From assembly GCA_013115145.1 (NCBI GenBank), contig JAAPAO010000015.1, forward strand, positions 77,820-141,819: a stretch of DNA of 64,000 nt. The letters are read 5' to 3'. Positions 1-11,489 of the stretch are shown in pieces. Under the pieces are notes generated by a model that ran no database searches, was not told where the DNA came from, and saw only the letters and a program-made list of their open reading frames with translations. This DNA is from Perkinsus chesapeaki ATCC PRA-425 (taxonomy: Eukaryota; Protista; Perkinsozoa). How positions within the stretch are numbered: the first letter of the stretch is position 1; the number at the start of each line of letters is the position of its first letter. A program made the position numbers and the translations under genes.

Positions 1-2172
1 TATACTTCCTGTTGTTCAAACCTACCAATGTCCTATTAAGGACCACGCATACTACCAAGCCCTACTTCTGCCATTTAGCTCGTTGGCCTCTCATCTCGCT
101 ATATGGGTGCTCTAGTATGCTAAAGTCCTTCACACGGAAGCCGGCCAATGGATCAAATCGAGGAACCTGACACCGTCGGACGTTACATTCACGCACCTGC
201 CGCTGCTTCACCTTCAGGGCACCGTACAGCTTAGTTGACCACTTCCATTTCTTAAACTCCATAAAGTAATCTCGCTGTCGAAGTTCCGAGTCCCTATAGA
301 AATAGGCCTCCGTCTCGATATTCAAGGTGTGAGCTCACTTGAGCCTTTGCTTCTTGGCAGCCCACTCGGACACCCATCCTGGGACCTTCTGCGGCACCGG
401 TGCTGGTCGGCCATCAGGTGTAGCATTCTTAGGCAACCAACCTCTCTAAACCCGATAACCTAGAAAAGCACCAAGCAGCATTTCTACCTTCTTAGGATAG
501 TTATTTATCTCGGCAATGAGCTTGTGAAGTGCCTGTTCGGTAATGACAATCTGTCGATACTTCAGCAAGTTGTATCTAAGTCCATCTTCACCCCATCACC
601 GCTCGCCACCAATACTCACGTTGAGACCCCCTCGACATCCTCTCGCCGCACTTGTGCTATGTGCGCTGTGCCCCACCGGAAGTTGTCGTTTACATCACTG
701 TTACCCACATGAACCTAACACACCTCTATAACCAAGGCCAGCAGCGGAGACGAAGGCCCACCAGCAACGCCGAATTGCAGTGCCGGCCTAGGATCCGACG
801 AAGATGGGCGGCAACGTGACGCGTCTTATGTGTGCCGACGTTGAAGGAATCCACCACAGTTATCTCGCCTTGTGCAAACTTGGCGCTCAGCATCATCCTG
901 ACAACCCACACACTAGCAACTATCATGACACTCTTCAACTTCAGGCTTTCCCACGAAGTTTAATGCGTCACAGAACCATCTTCGCTGATAGGATAATGAC
1001 CATGAACATGCCATCTTATTGCAAGAGCCCTCCACCCAGTACTACTTTAAAGATTTCCATACTCGTCGCTTAAGCTCTCCTTGCCTCCACTCCCGCGGGC
1101 GTTGGGGGATTGAGAACACTCCATCGTATTTTCCAGGGGCCTTTCGTCGGCCCATACGAGACTTACCGATATTCTTATGTGACCTTGCTTTCCTGAGCGA
1201 AATACCCTGCACACATCACCGGGCGCGGCGACGTACTTGTTTGAGCCCGGCCACTCCCATTTGAATAGCTGCATATCCTGCTGATAGCCAGCCATGCATC
1301 CTCTATGCCACCAGTATGTGAAGTACAGAATGTCCTTTCGGATTGGCTCGGCAAAAATCGAACTTGGAACTATCAATGGTTGAAGAGACTTCTGTGGATA
1401 TTCTATATAATAACGACTGCGAATTTGCCGACAAAAGTACCGCTCTGCACCGATCAAAGTTCTGCTAGTCAGTGCATGAATCGGTGACTAATACGCCGCA
1501 GGCACCGTTCTTGCACGCCCATAAGACTACCAATAATGGACCCAATCTCCTCTGGTGGTTCATCACTAGCAGCTGGCTCGCCGCTAACTGGACATGTCAC
1601 CTCGAATTTATACCTGGGATAGTGTAAGAGGCTCCCTAATAGAAGCAATATACACTGGCATCTCCAAAATGGCATTAAAACCAACAGCCGGGAAGCTCCA
1701 CCAGTTCCTAAGTACTGTCCTTAGATCAGCCAGCTCCCCTAAGACAATGCTGAGGCCCTGTGGTAGGTGACCAAAGTACCTGGTCGTCTGACCACTGGAG
1801 GGTCGTGGATGGAAGCACCGGGCTCTGGCTCGGGAGGAGCCATTGGCATGCCCGACGCTGTGACAGTAAAACCTGCATTGGTACCTGCCAACAAGAGCCT
1901 AGAGAAAGGCACGGTATGACGCTATAGCTACAGAAACGGTTAGTACCGATACGTAGTACGTGGGAAGGTATCCGCCGAGGACCAGCTCCCAGTGTTGATA
2001 TCATAGGGACCAAATCTATGGAAGGGAGGATCTTCTACCGGAGCGCACCTTCCTGGCTTGCTGCAATTTTTCAAATTTTATCGAACGCGAAGATCTCGCG
2101 CGCGCCCTGGCGTGTATCTCTGCCCCTATTTTGGTATGTCGTTTACCAGTTGGGTGGGTAATGTCTCGACAT
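1..2172 (-). CDS. MRPL4: Mitochondrial ribosomal protein uL4m, multi-exon, with N- and C-terminal extensions; runs off the left edge of the window
   Basis: Spliced translation gives IFAEPIRKDILY, KARSHKNIGKSRMGRRKAPGK...PQRPREWR, MLSAKFAQGEITVVDSF..THKTR, NFRWGTAHIAQV and YNLLKYRQIVITEQAL, which follow the L4 family motifs in order. ORF 62..325 is a downstream exon. Start codon uncertain. Confidence 0.8.
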
Positions 2173-2249
2173 CCACCAAAATCTACCAATACAGATGGAT
2201 CAGAGAAGGCGCTTATTGCAACTAAACCACTAGGAAGCGTACTGCGGAA

Positions 2250-3184
2250 AGACGAATCTGTCGTGGATACGCGTTCCATCAGGCCGAGGCCATCAAAAAG
2301 CCGGCCTCCTCTGGTCCTCACCACAAGCGTGGCGTCGGCATTGACGTCTATATCTCCTTAATATGTACTGTCCTAATGCTGGGCATAACCGCCTGGTACT
2401 ACTGGCAGATGGTCTCCATGACCGACCAGATGCAAAAGAGCTCAGTTTTCGGTACCGATTACTACGAGGGATTCTGTGCTGTTAATGTTGGTCGATTCAG
2501 CAAGCATCCATTCCGAATACGCCAGCTCTGACATATTGGATGCGATTGAGACCATTGAGGATTTCGTGGAGGAGCATTCCCTTGATGAGGAGCCCTACTA
2601 CGTCACGTTCTTGCGTTTGAAGTACCCCTCCCAAGCCGAATGCCAGTTGACCCTGCCGCAGATATTCCCATGATCCTCGGGGACGCCAGCTGGACCATGC
2701 TCGACGGAAGATGGTCAGCTGGTTCATGAAGGTTCGCTATTTTTACGACCTTGGATATTTACCGGTAACAGATTTGAGCTATGTAGAAAAGATTCCCGGG
2801 AAGTAGGAAAATGTCCCATTTGCCTTTTTGATTCCCCCTTTCAGAGACCGAGCGCGTTTCCTATCAGAGCTCGTTGAGCCTTTAGATGACGCGGTAAGGC
2901 TGTCAACAGGGAGGACCCCTAGATCAGTATTTGATTTCTTCCGGGAAATGTACGGCCTCTGGGTCCCCTATGGGCGGCCCATGCTGCCTGTTAGGTATTC
3001 TATTTCGCCACCTCATGGTGTATCGCACTTAACACTAGAGGACCTGCCCCCCGATCTGCGTAACATGAGCCTCACAGCCATTCGGAATGGCGCGGCTTCT
3101 CGACAGCGGCAAGAGCCGAAGATGAAGGCGACAGATCCCCCTGCGGTTGAGAGTCATGGCGGAGCATACGAAGACGAGCTTTGA
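2250..3184 (+). CDS. Hypothetical single-pass membrane protein (multi-exon)
   Basis: Exon GIDVYISLICTVLMLGITAWYYWQM (TM-like) splices via GT-AG introns to SIHSEYASSDILDAIETIEDFVEEH, DPRGRQLDHARRKMVSWFMK and ORF 2828..3184. No family recognised; start uncertain. Confidence 0.45.
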
Positions 3185-3279
3185 TATTGGCATTAGTCTG
3201 TAGTAGTTTGGTGTTGAAAAGGCTTCCCTCAGCGGGCTCCTGTACTTGAGTTTGCTGGCCTTCGCATGGTTGTGCGTTT

Positions 3280-4185
3280 AACGGGGACTGGCCGATGAGT
3301 GGGTAGAGCGGTGGACTGTATTGCGTTCGTCCCAGGTTCGATTCGACTGTATGTCAAATGACGTCCCCGATCTTCCACCGGTGTTCAGTGCTCTAGAGAT
3401 GATCGAGGACCTCCGTTGTGCCGTGGATAGGCACCATGTAGCGGCGCTGGTGCGAGAGCTCTCTAGAGCGTTGAGGAAGAGCAGCAGCCAGGAAGTTGAC
3501 AGCATACTAGTTATTGAGGTAATACTATACAGGGTCGAGAGGAACTGTGGGCCTCAGGCTATCTGGCAATCTGCTATTTGCAAGTATCCACATGTCATAG
3601 ATATAGTACTACCGGTCTGCGAGATATTCCGTCACTTGGCGCTGTTGCCTAATGTGAGGATATTCCTTATAGAGACTGCTGAGGATGTAAGAGCAGATGA
3701 CATTGTCTTTTCAAACGCATGGTCTTCCCGAAGACCAGAAAACTATATCCAAGATAAGATCCATTTATTTCGAAATGCGGCTTCTTGAGGACCAGCAGCC
3801 TTCTTCACGAGAGGATTCCTTCCTTTTGAAATCATCTTTTAAGAAAGATACCTCTCTATTGATAAGGTTGATTTCTCTTCACGTTCTTGAACGTTTCCGT
3901 ATTCGTAGTGGCCTATTCCATTCCTCTATGCCATTGGCCCTGCATTGCCTCCGTCAGGCTCCCTATATATCAGTTCTCACTCGATTCGCTGGTGGCATCT
4001 TAGCCATGCCGCAGCAGCAGTCTGGTGACAGTCGTCTGCTTACTGAGGTTATGGCATTCCTGGCCAACTTATGCAGCTCTTCGGCTCAATGCGATCTAGG
4101 CGTCTGGACAGCACTAGATTTCCATGCTAGAGATCTGGCCACTAGGGCCCTCAAGGTAGGTGGGATCCACTTCGCTCCACCTTGA
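3280..4185 (+). CDS. Hypothetical helical protein
   Basis: Overlapping ORFs 3321..3788 and 3697..4185 with helical, Leu-rich composition; no motif recognised. Confidence 0.3.
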
Positions 4186-4365
4186 TCTGGGCTTACAGGC
4201 TTTCCCTGACGACCCTGTAATGTCAGAGCAGTGCCATAGAGTTTTGAAGCTCACCGGTATGGCCATGAGATCCCATGGGCCCACTCGTTCTGTACTTGAC
4301 TAGCTGCACCATTAGCGTTGCGTTGTAGTACCCAACAAGTAGGCCTTAGTTACTTTTTCAATCAA

Positions 4366-7300
4366 ATGCTACTGGTTCTGTCGAACGCTCAGCGGGCGAG
4401 ACCTCTGGTCCGGCTTGCTTCGCGGTTGCCGGCAGTGAGTGCGGTGCAACGATGTTTCTCGACCAGAGGGAGCTTGCCACTCGAACGGGTTAGGAATATA
4501 GGCATATCTGCCCATGTGGACTCTGGCAAGACCACTCTTACTGAGAGAGTCCTGTTCTATACTGGTAATATACAGTAGGGCTGTACTGTGGCTGCTGTGA
4601 AGGAAGCTGCTGGGTGGGTGCAGGTCGAATAGATGATATACATGAGATTCAGGGTAGCGATGGAGTGGGGTGTAAAATGGACCACATGGAGCTTGAACGA
4701 GAGAAGGGTACCTTGGCATGTCCTGTGTGGAAAGAAGAGCGGTATGGTAGGTATTACCATCACAAGTGCTGCGACGTATTGTCAATGGACGACTAAGGAC
4801 AAAGACGATTACCATATTAATATTATTGATACACCGGGGCATGTTGACTTCACCTTTGAGGTTGAGAGGTAAGCAGCGTGCTGCTGTGCAGATCTGATGA
4901 CGAAGTACTACACAGGTCTTTGAGAGTCCTAGATGGAGCTGTTATGGTTGTGTGTGCTATAGGATGTGTACAGAGCCAGACTGTTACCGTTGACCGTCAG
5001 ATGCAGAGGTAGTGCAAAGCTAGAGTACTTGGTACTTTAGGAACTTCAACAGGTACGAGGTGCCTAGAATCATTTTTATCAACAAGTTGGATCGATACGG
5101 CTCGGAGCCCTACACGGCGTTAAAACAAGTAGGGTCATGGTATAGTCTCTCTTGAACCTTTGAAGTTCATCCAAGGTTATTCTCCTTTATGTATTATTCT
5201 GCGTTACACTTTTTGTATCTTATCGAACCTGATCGTCACTCTTTCAGTTAAAATCAAAGCTAGGCCTTTGCGCAGCACTCACTCAAATACCACTGGGAGC
5301 AGAGGATAAGTTCGCTGGTAAGCCGCCGTAATAGCGTTGGGGTACTGCCACTCGAGGTTCAGGTGTGGTCGACGTTATCAGACGGGAAGCCCATCATTTC
5401 GAGGGCTACAAGGGGCTTTCGTGGAACCTTCAAGAGGTATCTGCCAATTGCTGTATGAGGGTGTGACGGGTGCTGTCCAGGTTCCAGAGAGATTAGTGGA
5501 GCAAGTCGAGGAGACCAGGAGGACTCTAGTGGAGCTTTTAGCTGGTGAGCGTCGGGTTGGTGGCTGTAGTGCAGCGCACTGGGTAGATTTGGATGACGAG
5601 CTGGCGGAGTCTTTTCTGATGGATGAGAATGTGCCAGCAGATGAGGTCGAGAAAGCCATCCGACGGCAGACGATAGCGCGGAAGTAGGCCGAGGCTCATC
5701 TGTGGGGATAAGAGTTTGCTCTGGAAGGTTCTGTCCGGTACTAATGGGGTCGGCATATAAGAATAAAGGAGTGCAGCCCTTATTGGATGCTGTATGCAAG
5801 TATTTGCCGAATCCAGGCGATAGGTAGTACCGATGTAGGAGGCGGCTGCGGGGAGGGCCTTGTGTAGGGCATATAGTGGGTATGACCAATCGAGGAACGG
5901 CGAGAGGGTAGAGATAGTTCCTGATGAGAAGAAGCCTTTCTTGGGTATGTTATTATCTATTACCTCTGTAATGGTCGCCTCAGGCATGGCCTTCAAGAGT
6001 CAGGACCTACCGCCCAACGGCACGCTGACCTATATGAGGGTGTACCAGGGGGCACTGAAGAAGGGTCAAAGTATATTAGACACGAAAACTAATAAGAAAC
6101 AAAGTGTTAAGAAGCTGGTGGGCATTCGAAGTGTCTCCATCTTGATGTTGTCTTGTGCAGCTTCGTCTCCACTCAAGTGAGACGAGAGAGGTTCCGGCGG
6201 CGGGGCCGGGGGATATTGTGGCGTGTACTGGACTGGATGTGTTCTCTGGAGTCACATGCACTGACGGTAGGGTATGGTAGTGGCATGCTGGTGAGGGTTG
6301 GTAAGGTAAAATAAACTGGACGATGTCGCCTCTGCACATCCCTGCTCCGGTGGTCTCGTTATCGATAACACCAGCTAGTCGAGAGGACTCCACTAAGATG
6401 GCTAAAGCACTGGCCAGGTTTAAAAGGGAGGATCCTACTTTTATAGTGTCCACTGACCCGGGCACTAAGGAGACAATTGTATCCGGTGAGACCATAAGGG
6501 ATTGGTTGTAGTCCAGACGGCTGTTATGTTCAGGTATGGGAGAGTTACACTTGTTTATTTATGCTGAACGTATTCGGAGGGAGTACGGTGCAAATGTGAG
6601 CACAGGAGAGCCGAGGGTTAACTTCCGAGAGACTATTAATGAGAGGGTACTGTAGCCGATGGGTAGCTGCTGGTGGGCATGTAGCATCATCGATTGTAGA
6701 TCCCATTCGATTACACACATAAACGGCAGAGTGGCGGTCGGGGCCAGTACGGTAAGGTCACTGGCTATTTCGAGCCGTTGAGCTATGATGAAGTACAAGA
6801 GATATTGACTAAATATCAAGGGGAGATCACTCCTATGAACGCCTCTAAGTACCTTACTATCTTCCAGAATAACATCAGGGTAATAATACCGCCGCCGGGG
6901 ATCGAACCTGGCACGGTGGAGGTCTAGCTGAGTGACGTGTTCTAGCTTGTGTGTCTGTGTTGTAGGGTAATGAGATCCCGAAGAACTTCATTGCGTATAT
7001 TGAGAAAGGCTTTCGGGAGTGCCTAGAGGAGGGGCCCCTCACTGGCTCGGCGGTCTGCAATTTGAGGATAGTCCTCGAGGGTGGCAAACATCATGAAGTT
7101 GATTCTTCCGAGGTCGCCTTCAAAGCTGCTGCCCAGGGAGCCTTTGAGCAAGCTTTCTATGGAGGTTCACCTACTATCCTTCAACCTGTTATGTACGATA
7201 GTCACCTCTGTTATTTGGTTATGATTTGGTATTAGGAATGTAGAAGTAACAGTGCCTACTGATAAGACAGGATCTCTGATGTCGGGCATTACAGTTAGAA

Positions 7301-7579
7301 AAGGCCTGGTCACGGGATCGGAGGCTCTGACGGACCTCGACACTTTGGTGAGAGCCAAGGTTCCTCTGAGGAATATGTTTGGCTTCACCACAGAGTTGAG
7401 GTCCATCACACAGGTGAGCCAAGCCAGCTGCTGTCTCCTCGACACAAAGTATAATACAGGGCCACGGTGAGTGGGCAATGGACTTCCACGCCTATGAGGA
7501 GATGCCTGCTGACGACCAAGAAACTGTTAAGAAGCAATACCTCCAGCGTCGGGTCAGGGAAAAGAAGCTTGAGGAGTGA
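4366..7579 (+). CDS. GFM1: Mitochondrial translation elongation factor G (EF-G1), many short introns
   Basis: Arg/Ser/Ala-rich presequence, then [117 protein letters not shown]; stop TGA at 7577-7579. Confidence 0.95.
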
Positions 7580-7816
7580 TGCATCGACGAAGTCTTTTTG
7601 ACATCATTTGTGTTTCTGTTATTTACTGTGTGTGCATGAGGTTTCTGACTACTTAGGAATGCGTCGAGTGAAAACTCTACCGTGGAGTCGTCCTGGTTGA
7701 TATCTTTGCTCTTAGTTGTTACTGTTATCACGTTTTACGGCAGTAGCAGCCGTCACAGTACCTCCTTCACTGTTATCGCCTGTGTCCTGCTGTTTTTACT
7801 TGTATCAACATTATTA

Positions 7817-9541
7817 ATGCCAAGTTGTAGCAATAAGCGTGCTGTTATCCCTCGTAATAGATCAATAGAGTCTGCTGGTGGCCCAGACTCTGCCCTTATC
7901 ATTGCCGGTGATATTGGTGGCACTAATTGTAGACTACGATTACTTCTGGTCTCGAGATATGATAAAAAGAATACAAGTGGCGGTTCTGATTCGGAGAGTG
8001 ATGAAGTAGGCAGATGTGGCTAGTCTTATACTTTTCGTTTTATACCGCATTTCCCCATCTCTTCTATACCGTGTTTGCCTATCTCTTCTATACCGTGTTT
8101 GCCTATCTCTTCTATACCGTGTTCGCCTATCTCTTCTTTACCGTGTTTGCCTATCTTTTCTATACCGTATTTGCCTATCTTTTTTATACCGTGTTTGCCT
8201 ATCTCTTCTTTACCGTGTTTGCCTATCTTTTCTATATCGTGTTTGCCTATCTTTTCTATACTGTATTCTTCCTGTCTTCAATAATGTTTGTTATATTTTC
8301 AGCCGGCGACCAAGACTCAGCTCCTCTACACCGCCAAGTATCCTACAGTCTCCTGTCCCAGTTTCGAGGATGCTCTCACTCGCTTCATAAATGAAGCATC
8401 ACCGCTTGATGAAACCGACTTGTCTCATGTTGTTTGTGTAGTGGGGCTACCTAGTGATGTTAAGAATAATAAAGTTGGTAAGTCTTTTGGATGTTATCAT
8501 AACTGCCACATCACCTTCTATCAGCTCGTATTGCCAACATTCCTCATTGGATCGATACCGATGCCGACGATGTTGCGAGGAAACTTGGACTTGGTCAGAT
8601 AGTCTTATTAAACGACTTTGAGAGTGCTTGTTGGGGTACGTGAGAAATGCATCGTCCCCTCTTGAAAGTTACCGGCCATCATCAGGTATACCAATGCTAG
8701 AGGAATCAGACCTAGTCTGTGTTAATCCTGGTATACCAATTAACAAAGCACGAACGTCTGCCCCCGCCATCACCAGCGTTCTTATTGGACCTGGTACTGG
8801 TCTTGGTGAAGGGTATTAGTCGACAAACTATCATCATGTGCGAATAGGCCTTGTCAGATATCTGGTAACGGCGCGCGCCACGAATCATGTATCCGCTCAT
8901 GCATCCGAAGGCGGATGGGTTTCCTTCGCCCCTCAAGATGAGTAAACAGTTTCAACTCATCAACCGATGATGACGTTGTTATCTTTTTAGGGAAGAATTC
9001 GAGTTGATGCAATTTGTTAAGAAAGACCTCGGAGTTGAGAGAGTTGTTGTTGAGCACCTTACTGCAGGGTAGGTCTCGATGTCTGTTGGAGAACACATCT
9101 GTGGCGAGCTAACGTGCATGTTTCTTCAGACCAGCCTTGCCTGTCCTTGCTCGATTTTACGGTCAAGCTGATGGAGTCGATGCCACTGATCTACCGAAGA
9201 CAGCTCCTGAAGTTGCTGGAAATTACGGCATTTCTCCAGTGTGTACTCGAGCGTGTGACAAAGCAATGGAGATCCTCGGCCGAGAGCTCGCCTTTTTGTG
9301 TCTTAAGTTCAAACCACAAGGAGGCATATTCCTTATTGGCAACGTTGTTGATTCTCTTAGAGATTCTATTCTTGCTGAAGGATCAAGTTTCAGAAAGGGT
9401 CTATTCCATAGTTTACATCATCCAATTCTTGAAGGTATTGTCAAAGATACACCTATTAATATAGTAAGCGCTAGTGGTGTCAGTATGGGCATGGAAGGTG
9501 CTATTAATAAAGCTACTCGCCTTGCCTTGTCTAGACTGTAG
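7817..9541 (+). CDS. glk: Glucokinase, bacterial Glk-type, multi-exon
   Basis: IIAGDIGGTNCRL, LLNDFESACWG, IGPGTGLGEG, ASEGGWVSFAPQD, GGIFLIGN. First in-frame ATG is at 7817; the frame is open upstream to about 7649. Confidence 0.88.
8042..8275. repeat. 24-bp tandem minisatellite, about 9-10 copies, inside a glucokinase intron
   Basis: Unit close to ATACCGTGTTTGCCTATCTCTTCT repeated head-to-tail with few substitutions and no spacers. Confidence 0.92.
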
Positions 9542-9934
9542 TTAACCAATTTTATATTGGAGCTGTATCGTCAGTTAAATGACAATACTCCTCTACAGTG
9601 TTGTGTTGTATTTATATTGATGTATTATGATCACTAGACGACCATCATGGGTGACTCTTGGCTTTACTACCGAGGGATAAGCCGGTAGTCAGTTTCACCT
9701 TATTGCGTTAATTCTCTTTGTTATCGTCTTACTGCCATTGCCGTTACTGTAAACCTAGGCTATCATCGACATTGGCTTACCGTATGGCATGGTTACAGTG
9801 GTCAAGGTACCGCATAAACCCAGGCTATTTGCTACCTGTTCAATTTGCACCGAACATTGCTGAGTTTCTCGATTCTGTCCTTTTTGTGTTTTCCTACTTC
9901 ACGATGGCCATTCAACTCACAGCATATCTGTTCT

Positions 9935-10813
9935 ATGGACTGTTCTAGTGAGCCCTCCGAACAATCCCCACCTGACGTTGTTGAGGGTGAAGTGGAGGCC
10001 AAAGATATGATAAAGTCGAAGAATGGTGAAGAGGAGACAACGGCAGCTCCAGTGGATGATCTTGGCAACAATGATCCTACTTTAGATGAAGAGATGCCAG
10101 TGGATGGTGAGAATAAGAAGGAGGACAAGAGAGGAGTGGTCTACTTCTCGAGGATTCCTCCCTACATGCAGGTGAGTTCCTTACCTTAGACTTTTTGCCA
10201 TGACTTAGCTTATTCTCAGCCTTGTAAGCTTCGGCATCTTATGGAGCAACTCGGCCGAGTCGGTAGGGTCTACTTAACACCAGAAGACGAAACTCAACAG
10301 GCTCGTCGAAAGAAGTCGGGAGGCAACAAGAAAACGAAGTTCGTCGATGGGTGGGTTGAGTTCGAGAGCAAGTCCGTAGCGAAACGGGTGGCCGCGACGC
10401 TCAATAATACACCCGTTGGAGGGAAGAAGCGCCACAACGCATATAGGGACGATATGTGGCTATGTCGGTACTTGCCCAAGTTCAAGTGGCATCACTTGAA
10501 GGAACACGTCATATATAACCGAGAGGTCCGAGGTGCCCGATTGGAGCAGAAGCTCTCTCAACAACGTAAAATAAACAACTTCTACCAAGAGCAGCTATTA
10601 GAAGAGAAGCGAGTTGATAAGATGAATGAGAGGAGAGAGAAGAAGGCAGCCGAACACGGCGAGGCAGCGACTCAGCAGCCTACCAAGAAGAAAGCAAGGA
10701 CTGGTGTTCATCAACGGACTCCACACCCTGCAACTGGAAACGCTGTTGCTGTTACTAAACCGAGTCAAGCCAAGGTATCCTCTTCCGCGTTACTTGATAG
10801 CTTAGCTCTATAA
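9935..10813 (+). CDS. ESF2: Pre-rRNA processing protein ESF2/ABT1 (RRM), one intron
   Basis: GVVYFSRIPPYMQ|PCKLRHLMEQLGRVGRVYL, DGWVEF, TLNNTPVGGKK, DDMWLCRYLPKFKW, acidic N-terminus and basic C-terminus. Confidence 0.9.
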
Positions 10814-11489
10814 CTTCTAGATTCAAATGTTTGGTTTGATCAATTAACTAGGCGGCAAGGGTTAGAATTCCTTGCCATTTCCGCTGGATGCACTCGTAGT
10901 CCTAACTACGTAACAGAGGATGCGTGTTACTAATTCGGCTACCATTGAGGCTACTTCGGGTTACCTAAGGAGTTTGTTCAGTGTTGGCACCGTTCGTCAG
11001 AAAGATTTCAGGTAGTTTGCCGATGGCCTCACAACGGTTTCGTGTTTCGGCCGCTCGCCTGCACGCATGCGCATAAGCTTTTGGTTGTGCCAAGAATCTT
11101 TCGAGTGCGAAGGTTCGCTGATCCCTCCCGTCGTTTCATCATTCGTCAATTCGGCAATCTTCCCCTTCACTCTGCAAAGATCCCTTTGAATGATAGTTGT
11201 CTCGTAGTTATCTGTTTCGTTGTATGTGCAGGTCGTTAAGTGCTCCTACGAATTCTACCTTGGTGTATGCTAGATTATAGGCCATTTTATTAGTATCCTA
11301 TTCCTTCACCTATGTCGAGGTGATTTGTCTTGTTGGTTTCTTGCTCCTTAATTCCCTACCATGGGCCTGTATCGAGATGGTTCATGCGTGCAGATTGTAC
11401 GCATGCGTTCCTAGGTTCATTCGCTTCACCGCCGCGCAGTTGGTTTGATCTTATCGCTTTAGTTGTGGACACGTTTTTAACTAGTCCCC

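Noticed and set aside
8014-8394. Periodic ORFs in three frames (FAYLFYTV, LLYRVCLS, PCLPISSI) and a CRISPR-like appearance
   Set aside because: These are translations of the 24-bp intronic minisatellite; the units are contiguous with no unique spacers and no cas genes are present.
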